Source of the DNA: Octopus sinensis
Taxonomy: Eukaryota
DNA: 64,000 nt
Assembly: GCF_006345805.1 (NCBI RefSeq)
Contig: NC_043003.1
Location: 9,114,001-9,178,000 of the forward strand
Direction: 5' to 3'
Shown here: piece by piece, positions 52,557 through 64,000 of the stretch
Numbering within the stretch: the first letter of the stretch is position 1
Layout of the letters: every line of letters begins with the position of its first letter
Program-made: the position numbers and the translations under genes
Notes under the pieces: model-generated
The model's input: only the letters and a program-made list of their open reading frames with translations
What the model was told of the DNA's origin: nothing
Database searches by the model: none

Positions 52557-53084
52557 CATACATAAATCATATATATATATGCACACATGCCTCTGTGTGT
52601 GTGTGTGAGTTTGTGTGTGTGCGCGTGTGTGTGTGTGTAATATTAATTCGCAGATTGGGTTTATGCTTGTACAGACAAGATGCTGTTTACTTGTCTCGGC
52701 AGCAACGAATTGTATGGTTATTAACTAAGGTATGCCTTACGTTTCAAATTTCTGCATGTCCACACACACACACGCACACATACGTGTGAGTGTGTGTGTG
52801 TATGTGTGTGCGTACAAACATATTCACACACATGCAGAGACACATATATATATATACGTTTGAGTGTATAGGCAACCATAAACCATTCGACTGCTCGCCT
52901 ACAAAAGCAAAAAATGAATAAATAGATACAAACACATTTTTAATTATATGTTGTCGCCTTTTTATAATTTCTATTATATAAATATTATAATGTTGGTGCT
53001 TCGCGAAATAACTTTCACTGACTGTTCCCGCCCACAAAATTTTTCTCTTGTGTTGCTCGCAAATCAATATCAGTAGTTATGTTA

Positions 53085-54000
53085 GGGCGGCAAACTGGCT
53101 GAATTATTAGCATGCCGGACAAAAAGGCGGCGAGCTGGCAGAACCGTTAGCACACCGGGCGAAATGCGTAGCCGTATTTCGTCTGCCGTTACGTTCTGAG
53201 TTCAAATTCCGCCGAGGTCGACTTTCCCTTTCATCCTTTCTGGGTCATTAAATTAAGTACCAATTACGCACTGGGGTCGATGTAATCGACTTAATTCGCT
53301 TGTCTGTTCTTGTTTGTCCCCTCTATGTTTAGCCCCTTGTGGGTAATAAAGAAAGATATTAGCATGCCGGACAAAATACTTAGCGAGATTTCGTGCATCT
53401 TTATGCTCTGAGTTCAAATAACGCCGTGGTCGACTTTGTCTTTCATCGTTTCGGGGTCGATGAAATAAATTTTAATGGAGTATCGGGGTCGATGTTATCG
53501 ACTTAACTCCTCCCTCGAAATTGCTGGCCTTGTGCCAAAATTTGAAATTAATATTTGTAGATATGTTAAGGCTGTGAACTGGCAGAATTGTTAGCGCGCC
53601 CGAAAAAATGCTTAGCGATAGTTTGGCTGTCATTAGGTTCTGAGTTCAAATTCTGCTGAGGTCGACGTTGCCTATCGTTTTTTCGGGATCGATAAAATAA
53701 GTACTAATCGAGTACCGGGGTCGATGTAATCGACTTAACCCTTGCTCCGAAATTGCTGACTTTGTATCAAAAAATTGAAGCCTAGTCGGAAAATACTTAG
53801 CGGCATTTCGTCCGTTTTTACATTTGGAGTTGTCGACTCTATTTTTCATCCTATCAGGGTCGTTAAAAAAAGAGAAAAATCCAGTCAAGCATTGGGGTCG
53901 TTGTAATCGACTTAGCCCCTTTACCGATGTCGCTGACCTTGAGCCAAAATTTGAATCCAATATCGGTAGCTATAAGGTGGCGAGCTGGCAGAAACGTTAG
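53085..54000 (+). mobile_element. Cluster of family-M SINEs; B-tail copy 53125-53356 nested in an A-tail copy with a 20-bp TSD
   Basis: TATTAGCATGCCGGACAAAA at 53105-53124 and 53357-53376. Confidence 0.85.
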
Positions 54001-54041
54001 CACACCGTGGATTAACGTGCCTCGCTCTCCACTGAACGTGC

Positions 54042-54395
54042 CTCGGGTTTGTTTCGATCCTTTAGAATTGGAATTTTTGAAAAGTAAAAATTTTGCATTA
54101 TGTAGCTTGTTATTTTCTTTAAGTGAACATTTTTCTGGTTGAAATACACTGAAAAATGGCGACACAACAGTAAAAGAATCGTAAAAAATAGGGATTTTCA
54201 TAGAAAAAAAAAGCACCTTTTTGATGTAAATAATTTTGGGTCTTAACATGATCCAATTTGAATTTTATCTTCTACGGGATGAAGAGCAAGCCTTCTTCTA
54301 TCATACTCTCAATTTTGGTCAACCTGCGCCGCAGGGTCTCGAAGGAGATAGTGTTAGTCGAAACAAACCCGAGCAACGCCGGGCGGTACTGCTAG
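54042..54395. mobile_element. Helitron copy with the body inverted relative to its 3' terminus
   Basis: 54042-54355 is the reverse complement of ~50020-50313, then a plus-strand hairpin and CTAG end follows (54358-54395). Confidence 0.8.
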
Positions 54396-54855
54396 TTTGA
54401 AATATTATTGGAACAACAACGCAGCTTCATGAGGAATGCTATTCGTGTGTCTTCCCTTGTATCAAGTTTAAGACGTTTGGAGTATTTCAACGAGAGCCAG
54501 AAATGAAATGTAAAACAGCTGTTTTTGCACACACATCGTTCGCAAGTTGTTTTTTTAAAGAACGTACAAGCTTTCATATGATATATCAAAATATATGCAA
54601 ACAACATATATTTTGCAGAAAAACAGGATCGTTTTACCAAATCGGAATGCTGGCGCTAGGAACCGATCACTTCTAATCTATCAAACATTATTCTATAATT
54701 ACATACTGAGTTTTATAATTTATGACTTTTCAGTGAATTAATACACACATGCACGCATATATAATATGTATATATATATATATTATATTATATATATATA
54801 TATATATGTGTGTATATATATGAATATATATGTATAATATATATGTATATATATG

Positions 54856-54889
<34 letters not shown>

Positions 54890-54929
54890 TGTATGTATGT
54901 GTATCAGTATACATGTATGTATGTATCTG

Positions 54930-55010
<81 letters not shown>

Positions 55011-55148
55011 ACTGTAACGTATGCGTTGTAAAATGTATTAGAAAAATATTTTCACGGGGTGTAATTATGTGCATAGATATCCTTGTTATATAAAAACTTG
55101 ATAGTTTCCTCAGGGTTTCGTACGCGCGAGCACACACACACACAACAC

Positions 55149-55206
<58 letters not shown>

Positions 55207-55785
55207 CTCTCTCTCTCTCTCTCTCCTTTCTAACTCATTCTCTGACCTCATCTTCTTTGGAGAAATTATTCCCTCTTAGTATATTTGTAACTGTTATGAA
55301 TTAAAATCTGTTTTAAATATTTTAGGAGAGAAATGTTCTGAAATAATTTTACTGCTTCCTCAGTTTATACTTGTAGCATATTTTTCTGAGGAACGTTTGG
55401 AATTTGTCGAAGGCAGATTTTCTCTGATTAGACCAAATACACATGTGAAATATAAATTATATCTTCACTGTTATCGATATAATAGACTGTCACGTCCAGT
55501 TGTTCCGCTAGCAAGATAACCTGATCATTGGATGCTGGTGAGAATTGACTGTGTATTAATTCACATAGAGGTACTCTTGATACAAGTGTGACAAAGTTGG
55601 ATTTTTGAAATACAAGTAAAGTTCATCTCACTGGCTTCTATCATTTCCAAGCATCAAAACTCCCTCACGATACTATAATAAATCCCCTGCCTAAAATCTA
55701 ATCCAGTCGGATCGACCACCTTATGGTTGCGAAGTTAACTTAATCATTACACTCAGGCTTATTGCGTCCACTGTCTATATTATTA

Positions 55786-56681
55786 TTGGATCATCCCATA
55801 AATAATGCTTGAACTAAAAGTCGTTGGGGTTAAACTACCTGCACCAACTTACTATAAAAGCAGGTAGTAATTTTACCTTCTCCTTATTATTAGTGCAAGT
55901 TTTCACGACTGCAGTTCGATTTTAACAGTTATTTTTTCAAAGCTATAATGGAAGTGACAAAGAAGCATATTTGGTATACTTTGCTTTAGGCGTTCAATAA
56001 GGGCAACAACGCAACGGAAAAAGCGAGGAATATTAATGCAGTATATGGGGATTGGACAATAAGCGTAAGTCAGTGTCAACGATGGTTCCAGAAATTCCGA
56101 GCCGGAAACTACAGCCTAGATGAGCCTCATCCTGGAAGATCTGTAGAGCTCGACGAGGACGTCTTGCAAACCCTGGTGGAACAAAATCCCATCGTAACTG
56201 TTGAGGAACTAGCAGAGAAGCTTAAATTTGGTCATTCAACCAGTCTTTGAAGTCAGTGCTAGAAGAAAAACGACCATCTTTGGTTTCAAGACGAAAGGTG
56301 TTCTTCCATCAGGATAATGCTCAGCCACATATAACGAGGATGATATTCCAAAGGCTGGAGCGGTCTGAATGGGAAACGATGTCCCACGCAGCATATTCAC
56401 CGGACATTGCCCCATCTGATTATCATTTATTCTGCAGTCTTCAAAATCATTTGGACGGGAAAAATATGAATTCTGTAGACGAGGTCAGGACAGAAGTGGG
56501 GGAGTATATTTCGTCAGGGACAAGTGAATTTTTGAAAAGACGCCTTGCAAGTCAACCAGATAGAAGGAAGAACATTGTAGAAAATAAACGAGAGTATATT
56601 TTAGATTAAAAAAGAACTTTGTTTATCTTAACTTTGAAAAATAAAAGTATAAAAACCCGCATTATTTATGGAATGACCCAA
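55786..56681 (+). mobile_element. Mariner (DD34D family) transposon, internally deleted, both TIRs present
   Basis: TIRs TTGGATCATCCCATAAATAATGC / GCATTATTTATGGAATGACCCAA. N-terminus MEVTKKHI...QRWFQKFRAGNYSL..PGR is joined at ~56241 to ..HQDNAQPH...AYSPDIAPSDYHLF...EYILD*. Confidence 0.9.
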
Positions 56682-56729
56682 TGTTTAGTATTCTTGATCA
56701 TTGAATAAATAGTTTTAGTATATATGTAT

Positions 56730-57100
56730 ATCTTTTATCGTTTATCTTTCAGATATTAGACTGCGGCCATGTTGAGACACCGCTTTGAAGAATTTTTAGC
56801 CGAGTGAATCGACCAAAATATTCAGCCGAACCGCTAAGTTACTACGAGGTAAACACACCAACATCGGCTGTAAAGCGGTGATGGGGGAAAACACGGACAC
56901 AAAGATGCACGCGCGCACTTACACTCAGACACACATGTACACGACGGGCTTCTTTCAGTTTCCATCGACCAAATCCACTCACAAAGCTTTGGTCAACCCG
57001 AGGCAATAAAAGTCACTTACCGAAGGCATGACACAATAGGACTGAACCCAAAATCATATGGTTGGAAAACAAGTTTCTTACCACACAGCAATACCTGCAC
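56730..57100 (-). mobile_element. Diverged family-K SINE (others at 51517-51720, 60818-61200, 28704-28870, 9855-10230)
   Basis: Family-K blocks are recognisable. Confidence 0.75.
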
Positions 57101-57205
57101 TTATGTGTGCGTGCGTGTATGTATGTACACGCACACACACACACATACACAGAAAGAAAAAAAGTTTCAAATCTCTGAGCGAGAAGTATGTAGTAACAAT
57201 ACCAC

Positions 57206-57774
57206 AGAGTAAAATCTATTTGACAACGTAAATTGGCAGTCCCGATTAGGACGATGTTACTACTTTTTTTAGCCCCAGGTAAACATCTTTTCCAGCTGGC
57301 TATCGACGCACAACTACGCCCTTATAGCTTGAACAAGGGAGCTAATGCCCCCACTCAGATTTAAACGGCACCTGTTGATCATAGTTTCTGAGTTATTTAA
57401 CTTCATCAGTACAGGATAACCGTTGGCTAGAGATGGCTACTTACTTTTCGCTCATAGATTTAAAACTAATTGTATTCCTCTATACGAGATCAGTGATTGT
57501 GTGTCACTTTAAAAGTATAAACCTCGAGCAAAACTTAGCGCTACCATCGCCAGGCAACGGTTTCCTGTGTCGATGAACAGAAATAACCCAGAAACCATGG
57601 TCCACAGGTACCGTTTAAGGCTAAGTGGAGACATTAGCTCCCTTGCTCAAGGTATAAGGACGCAGTTGTCCGTTGGTAGTCAGCTGGAAAAGATGTCTTC
57701 CTGGGACTTAAAAACAAAGGTATCATCGTCCTAATCAGCACTGCCAATTTACGTTGGCAAATAAATTTTACTCT
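57206..57774. mobile_element. MITE or fold-back element with ~190-bp imperfect TIRs
   Basis: 57206-57398 is the inverse of 57581-57774. Termini AGAGTAAAAT...ATTTTACTCT. Confidence 0.85.
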
Positions 57775-57809
57775 CTCTCTGTTTTTCTCCCTCCCTCTCT
57801 CTTTCTTTT

Positions 57810-57868
<59 letters not shown>

Positions 57869-58002
57869 CTCTCTCTCATTTTCTGTCTCCCGCTCTCTCT
57901 TTCTTTCTCTCTCCTTCTCTCTCTCTCTCTATATATATATATGTGTATGTATCTATGTCTACCTACCTACCTACCTACCTACCTACCTACCTACCTACTT
58001 AC

Positions 58003-58071
<69 letters not shown>

Positions 58072-58794
58072 CGTCTGTCTGTCTGTCTATCTATATTTAT
58101 AGTAACTCACTGTATTCAAAATCATATGAACTTGAAACAGCCAAAGACAATGAAGTTATCGACACATCTACTGACACACAATCATATACATGCGTAAGCA
58201 TAATGTTTCACAAACAGCCGTCCTTAGCAACATATTTTAAAAACAAGACAGTGAATGTATATTTGAAATTTATCAAATTAATTTCTCAGGATGCTCTGTA
58301 AATCTAAATATAATATTTAAAGCATTTTTGAGATATCAAGTTCCAAGAAAAACTATTTAAATGAGTTGTGTATTCGCGTCAAATGTGCGGAATATTAAAA
58401 AACAAACGAAAACCAAAACAGTCAAAGGTAGAAAATCAAAAAGCGAAAATACTGCGTTTTAGAATCAAATCAAAGGATTTATATCTGCTTATTGTCGATA
58501 GTTTGATTATATCAGAGGCTTGCTTCATTAAAACTCCAAAGAAAAGAGGCATCAAAAATTCTATTTAAATTTGAATAGATCTCCTTCTAGAAGCTTTCTT
58601 CTGGCTCATTGAACAAATAAAGGATGACTTTAAAGTAATATCAATTCTCAGTGATTCTTTTTAATACAGATTCTTTTTTTTTTTTATTCTGTTGGTTTCT
58701 TGGTAACTCAAGGAAACAACAAAAAATGTGATAAAGATTTTCCAGATTGTAAATTTTTAGGCCTTTCAAGTAACGAAGACAAACACAAAAGACA

Positions 58795-58846
<52 letters not shown>

Positions 58847-59056
58847 TGTACACATACACGTGAGCGTGGACACACCACGAAAATACAACATACACACTCA
58901 TTCACTTACATATGTACACACAACTAATGCGTGTGTGATATATATATGTATAAAACTATATATACATATGTAATATATGTATAAATAATATTTATATGTA
59001 CTATTTATGTAACATACAAACACACACACATACACACACGCATAATATCTATCTAC

Positions 59057-59087
<31 letters not shown>

Positions 59088-59228
59088 AATGTAAATATAT
59101 ACATATATAAATGTATATATGTGCGTGTGTTTATATATGTATATAATTATTCAGACATACACAAACACAGGCACATATATAAAAAAATCGAGACGACAAA
59201 GAAATAATACTTACGCTATGAACGTCAA

Positions 59229-59426
59229 TAGCTTATAGCTGTTTCTGCTTTAAGATTCAGTGGACTCATAGCTGAGTGCTTGGATATCACCCTTTAGCTT
59301 CATCGGAGCTTCAAACATGAAGTTCAAAATAACTTAATGCTTTAAGCTCCGATAAGACTATAGAGTGATACTCAAGTACTTAAGTATTAGTGCATTGCAT
59401 CTTACAGCAGAAACGGCTGTAAGCTA
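59229..59426. repeat. ~200-bp imperfect palindrome made of two inverted hammerhead-like units
   Basis: TAGCTTATAGCTGTTTCTGCTTTAAGAT pairs with ATCTTACAGCAGAAACGGCTGTAAGCTA, and the inner arms also pair. Confidence 0.75.
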
Positions 59427-59593
59427 ATGGAGTCCACGACAAACTTGTTTATTCCTTCGTCGTCCTAAATTTCTTATTACCGCTCTGTATTCGACTGACA
59501 ATTCATTCTGGAGACTACGTGTATTGAGTTCTAACACCAGGCTAGTAGTATCGCAATGCCTATGCGAAATATTAACATACATACATACATACA

Positions 59594-59627
<34 letters not shown>

Positions 59628-59838
59628 CATACATACATACGTACATACGTACATACATACATACATACATACATGCATACATGCATGTATACATTTATAC
59701 ATATATATATATATATATCCATATATACTTATATACTTATATATATATATATATACATACACATATATACATACATACGTACATACATATATATGAATAC
59801 ATATGCATGTATAATTGTGTATTCATATAAACATGCAT

Positions 59839-59921
<83 letters not shown>

Positions 59922-62824
59922 ATAGACATGGTAAGACAACAAAAGAATGAAAGAGACCTCGATATTATGTTAATAGAAGAATAGAGGAATTCACAGATAT
60001 ATATATATATATATATATACATACAAACATATATGGTGTGTGTGTGTGTGTGCGTGTATGTGCGCGTGTCCGTGTGTGTGTGTGTGTCTGTGTTTAGAAC
60101 GATTTATATGTTTGTGTGTGTATGTACATGATCGTCTAAGACTTTGGATAAATATAAGTATGGCTGCATCGCTAAGAGGCTCGGTTTGCAACCACGAGGT
60201 TTGCGGTTCAGTCCTACAGTGCTGCACCTTGGACAAGTCTTTTATTATAACCTTGGGCCAACAATCGCCCTGTGCATGGATTTGGGTGATAGGAACTCCG
60301 TGGGAGACCGTAATACACACACACGTACACACCACACACACACACACACCACACACACGCATTCTTTCGACAGAAGAGAATGATACATCAGACTTAATAA
60401 CATAACTAATGGGGTCGATTTGTTCAGCTAAAACCTTCAAGGTGGTGCCCCACCACGGCGGCAGTCTAATAGACAAGAAGAAGATAAAAGTCATTTGCTG
60501 TAGATGTGAATGTACACCCCGTATGTCTGTATGTATACCTTTGTGTGTGTTCGTTTGAAATACAGAACAAATTTCTCTGGCTAATGAGTGAAACTCATTT
60601 TCAAAGGTTGACTGACTCATTTCATATTAAGATTCAACGGTTTCTTTGTATCCAGGACTCAACCGAACTAAATTGCACAAGACACGCTACTCTAAGGTTT
60701 TCTCTGAAATTTTGTATCACGTATATTTATCGAAACGTTGAAGCCTTAATGCTATACTCTAAATCTGCGGGAAATCTCTGGTATAACTGTAAGAAATTGA
60801 TTTATATGTTGGCATGCTCTTTTACTCTTTTACTTGTTTCAGTCATTTGACTGTGGCCATGCTGTAGCACCGCCTTTAGTCGAGCAAATTGACCCCAGGG
60901 CTTATTCGTTGTACGCCTAGTACTTATTCTATCGGTTTCATTTGCCGAACCGCTAAGTTACGGGGACGTAAATACACCAGCATCAGTTATCAAGCAATGT
61001 TGGGGGGGGGGGGGGCGGAAACACACACACACACACACATACGACGGGCTTCTTTCAGTTTCCGTCTACCAAATCCACTCACAAGGTTTTGGTCGGCCCG
61101 AGGCTATAGTAGAAGACACTTGCCCAAGGTGCCACATAGTGGGACTGAACTCGGAACCATGTGGTTGGTAAGCAAGCTACTTACCACACAGCCACTCATA
61201 TGCCTCACTCCACTCCTATGCCAGCATATTTATTAGAAATCGTTTATAATTTTTTATTACTGAATGGTCTGATTAAGTTTTGACATTTTATAATCATTTC
61301 CAGAATCGAATTCCATGTTTGTCAACTAAGAATCTTGTCAATAGGATACAGATGGGTATTTCATTGCTATTGTGAAGAAAAATGCCTTGAAATTATGTGA
61401 TCACTCTTTGAAAATGGAGAACAAGCAGTATGATTTATATCCAATAAGTGAAAGTGTTGACACAATAATAAATTTAATAATAGCGTAAAATGTGAAGTAC
61501 ATTAAAAGGAATTTTTCGAAATGTTCGAAAAAATAAAACGAATTTGTCTTTGAAGAAAACTAACAACAGAATTCGGGTTAAAAAGCAAGAAACTAATCTG
61601 GTCAAATTCAGAAAATTGCTCAAAACTAAAAGAAAATATCAGAAGCAAGAAGCTCCCGTAATTTGCAATTCATTGCAAAAACAATTATTGGCAGAGAAAT
61701 CATTTCAGCTGACTAGTTTTCAACCATAAAATGTCACTTTAATGTTCGTTAAAATCAATTTTACATAAAAAAAAAGCGCGCGTGTACGTGTGATGGACGA
61801 AATTGTACTAATGTTGTGAAGATATTGATTAAAAAACTAATGACATACTTGTAAAAATTTCTACTTCCCAATTATCACGTTAGATGACATGCAAGCGATT
61901 GCTAAATGACAAATGCTAAGTTATGCAACGAAATGTTACTTTTGTAAATCTATGAATGGCTGGGACTTTGTGACATTGCCTTATAGGCGGAGTATTATAC
62001 TGAAGATCCTTTCATTTCAGTAATAATCATAATTCTTGAAGGTTCACAGAGTGGTTAGGTCAGTAAGAGTGTGCAGATGGTTGCCAGTAAGGAAAAAAAA
62101 ATTATAGTCACGAGATAAATTACTACGTGTTGATATTTTTAGGAAGCAGAATCGCACAACACATGTTCTATACAGAGCAGTCGGAGTGTGATGCAATGTG
62201 ATGCAATGTGTTGCATTAAAGATGGTGAGAGGAGGAGGAGAGGCATGCATTAGGTTGATTTATGTAGGGTTGATATTCATCTTATTAATCCAGAAGAGCA
62301 GAAAACATGGTGATAGCAATATCAGAGAAAACAAGTTAGAACAGAACATGCACAAACTGATGCTTTTTGGTTGCCGATAAGAGAAATACGCTCTATATTT
62401 TGTGTATATCAACTTTATTATCAGAGATATATGTTCTACTCCAAAATAGGCTTCAAAGAGATTTGTTAAGAATTTCTGGTTTTAATGTTTGGGATTCCAT
62501 TATTAATTTTAGGAAACCTGGTCTTTCAAATTCATATTCGACCAAAAAGATGTATGATCATAGAAAGCCTCAAAGACTATGAAGTATAGTGCGATTAGCT
62601 TTCATTCTTTATACATCGTACTTAAACAATCTGTAAAAGTGTAAATAGCAAGGGCAGACTCAGTAAGCAAACGTATCTGTAGTTGTAAATAAGCTAGGTA
62701 TCTATCAGTGTGCATTAATTGAATAGAATTACTCCCATGTGAAATGTGAAATGTGTTCAGTTCATAAACACGAAGAGTTAAGCTACTTATTTTGCTTATT
62801 TTCGTTCTATATAAAGCTTCAAAT

Positions 62825-62885
62825 CTTTAAATTGTTTCAGCTTTAAAGCTGTGGTCATGCTGGGGCACCACCATTTGAGATTCCT
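62825..62885 (-). mobile_element. Isolated CR1-like/SINE-K type 3' tail
   Basis: Minus strand: AAATGGTGGTGCCCCAGCATGACCACAGCTTTAAAGCTGAAAC. Confidence 0.65.
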
Positions 62886-62909
62886 TCACATCAAAATCGA
62901 TAAAGTATG

Positions 62910-63400
62910 TGCTAGTCTCCTATCGGTTGGTTCGGTTTGGAGAATCTGTCTTGCGATTCTTTCCTATGACATCACATGTCCGTAGAACCGAAGCTGTGAC
63001 TTCTCAACGCGGAGAAGCAGCGGCTTTGCTTGGAAAAGAGACTTCCTAATCTCCGAGATATGCATCCTGTCGAATAACGTTACTTTAGAGATCCCTTCGA
63101 GGAACCTCATTTCGGCTGCTTGTATTTGTAATTACACTTTTTCGTCATTCATGACTATTCATGACCATAGGAGGAAATTGGCTCGAAAACTAACCTGGAA
63201 GTAGCAAGTTTGGCTTCTTTTTACTCGAACCAACCGTGAAGAGACTTAGGGGTTTAAATCATGCTAGGAGATCCACTCAGAAAGTTTAATGACAGTTGCT
63301 TCTGATAGGATCCTATCGCGAAAGTTTCTGGAGACTCTACTCCAATGACCATCCTAGGAATAGTGGGCGGAGAAAATGTTTAGATGGATGGATGTGCAAG
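62910..63400 (-). pseudogene. RTE-clade (Expander-like) LINE fragment, RT C-terminal region
   Basis: FEPISSYGHE...IQAAEMRFL...DRMHISEIRKSL...PLLLRVEKSQLRFYGHVM. Confidence 0.75.
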
Positions 63401-63509
63401 TGTTGGGTGTGAAGATGTTAGATGGATGGATGTGTTGGTTGGAGAGAATAGCAAAAAGTGAATGAACCAATAGTAAAATTCATCGAAATCGTTTGAGATA
63501 GTAACAGTT

Positions 63510-63910
63510 CAATAGTAGTTGTTGTTGCTGTTGCTGCTACTGCTGAGCGAACGGTCTTCGTCCCAGAGCTCGCAAGATGGGAGAAGTCCGAAACGTGGTC
63601 CTTTGCTATTCGTAAGACCCGCAGAACAGAAAGCAGTTCAACCTCCGACACTTAGAGCATCGACGGATGGATGAATGTGCATCCAGGCTCAGCGGTTGCG
63701 TAGAAAGTCGGGGACAAGAAACAGGAAGAAAGAGTGAGAGAAAGTTGAAGCAAAAGAGTACAACATGGGTCGTCACCACCCCCTGTCGGAGCCTCGTGCA
63801 GCTTTAAGTGTTTTCGCTCAATAAACACACACAACGCCCGGTCTGGGAATCGAAACCGCGATCCTCTGACTGCGAGTACGCTGCCCTAACCACTGGGCCA
63901 TTGCGCCTCC
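63510..63910 (-). mobile_element. Family-R SINE, body X plus tail F ending in (CAG/CAA)n
   Basis: Head and body match 29429ff. The tail (GTCGGAGGTTGAACTGC...GACGAAGACCGTTCGCTCAG) is seen only once in the window. Confidence 0.8.
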
Positions 63911-64000
63911 TGTTGCTGCTGCTGTTTGTAGTGGTGGTGTAGTTGTTTTGTTACGTCTGCTATTTCTTGCAGGGGTTTTCCACAGGAAGTTTTAAGCTGA

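Overview
This is AT-rich, very repeat-dense eukaryotic DNA. The SINE families and microsatellite load resemble octopus or another cephalopod, which is an inference and not a database result. It looks like intergenic or large-intron sequence. I found no intact host protein-coding gene and no CRISPR or rRNA. Most long ORFs in the track are microsatellite or minisatellite artefacts. The recognisable content is: (1) dozens of tRNA-derived SINEs of three head types with shuffled central and tail modules; (2) decayed non-LTR retrotransposons (two CR1-like, RTE-like, two R4-like with CCHC/RLE-type C-termini); (3) at least three Penelope-like element (PLE) relics, plus several hammerhead-ribozyme (HHR) motifs, one of which (41603-41703) folds convincingly; (4) mariner derivatives, non-autonomous Helitron/Helentron-like elements and long-TIR MITEs; (5) a 2.5-kb GC-rich 39-bp minisatellite inside a Helentron-like element; (6) a tandemly duplicated element carrying a 216-bp near-perfect palindrome. 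The most interesting signals are the candidate ribozymes, a SINE/LINE shared 3' tail whose stem-loop shows compensatory base changes, and combinatorial SINE module shuffling. All alignments and folds were done by eye.
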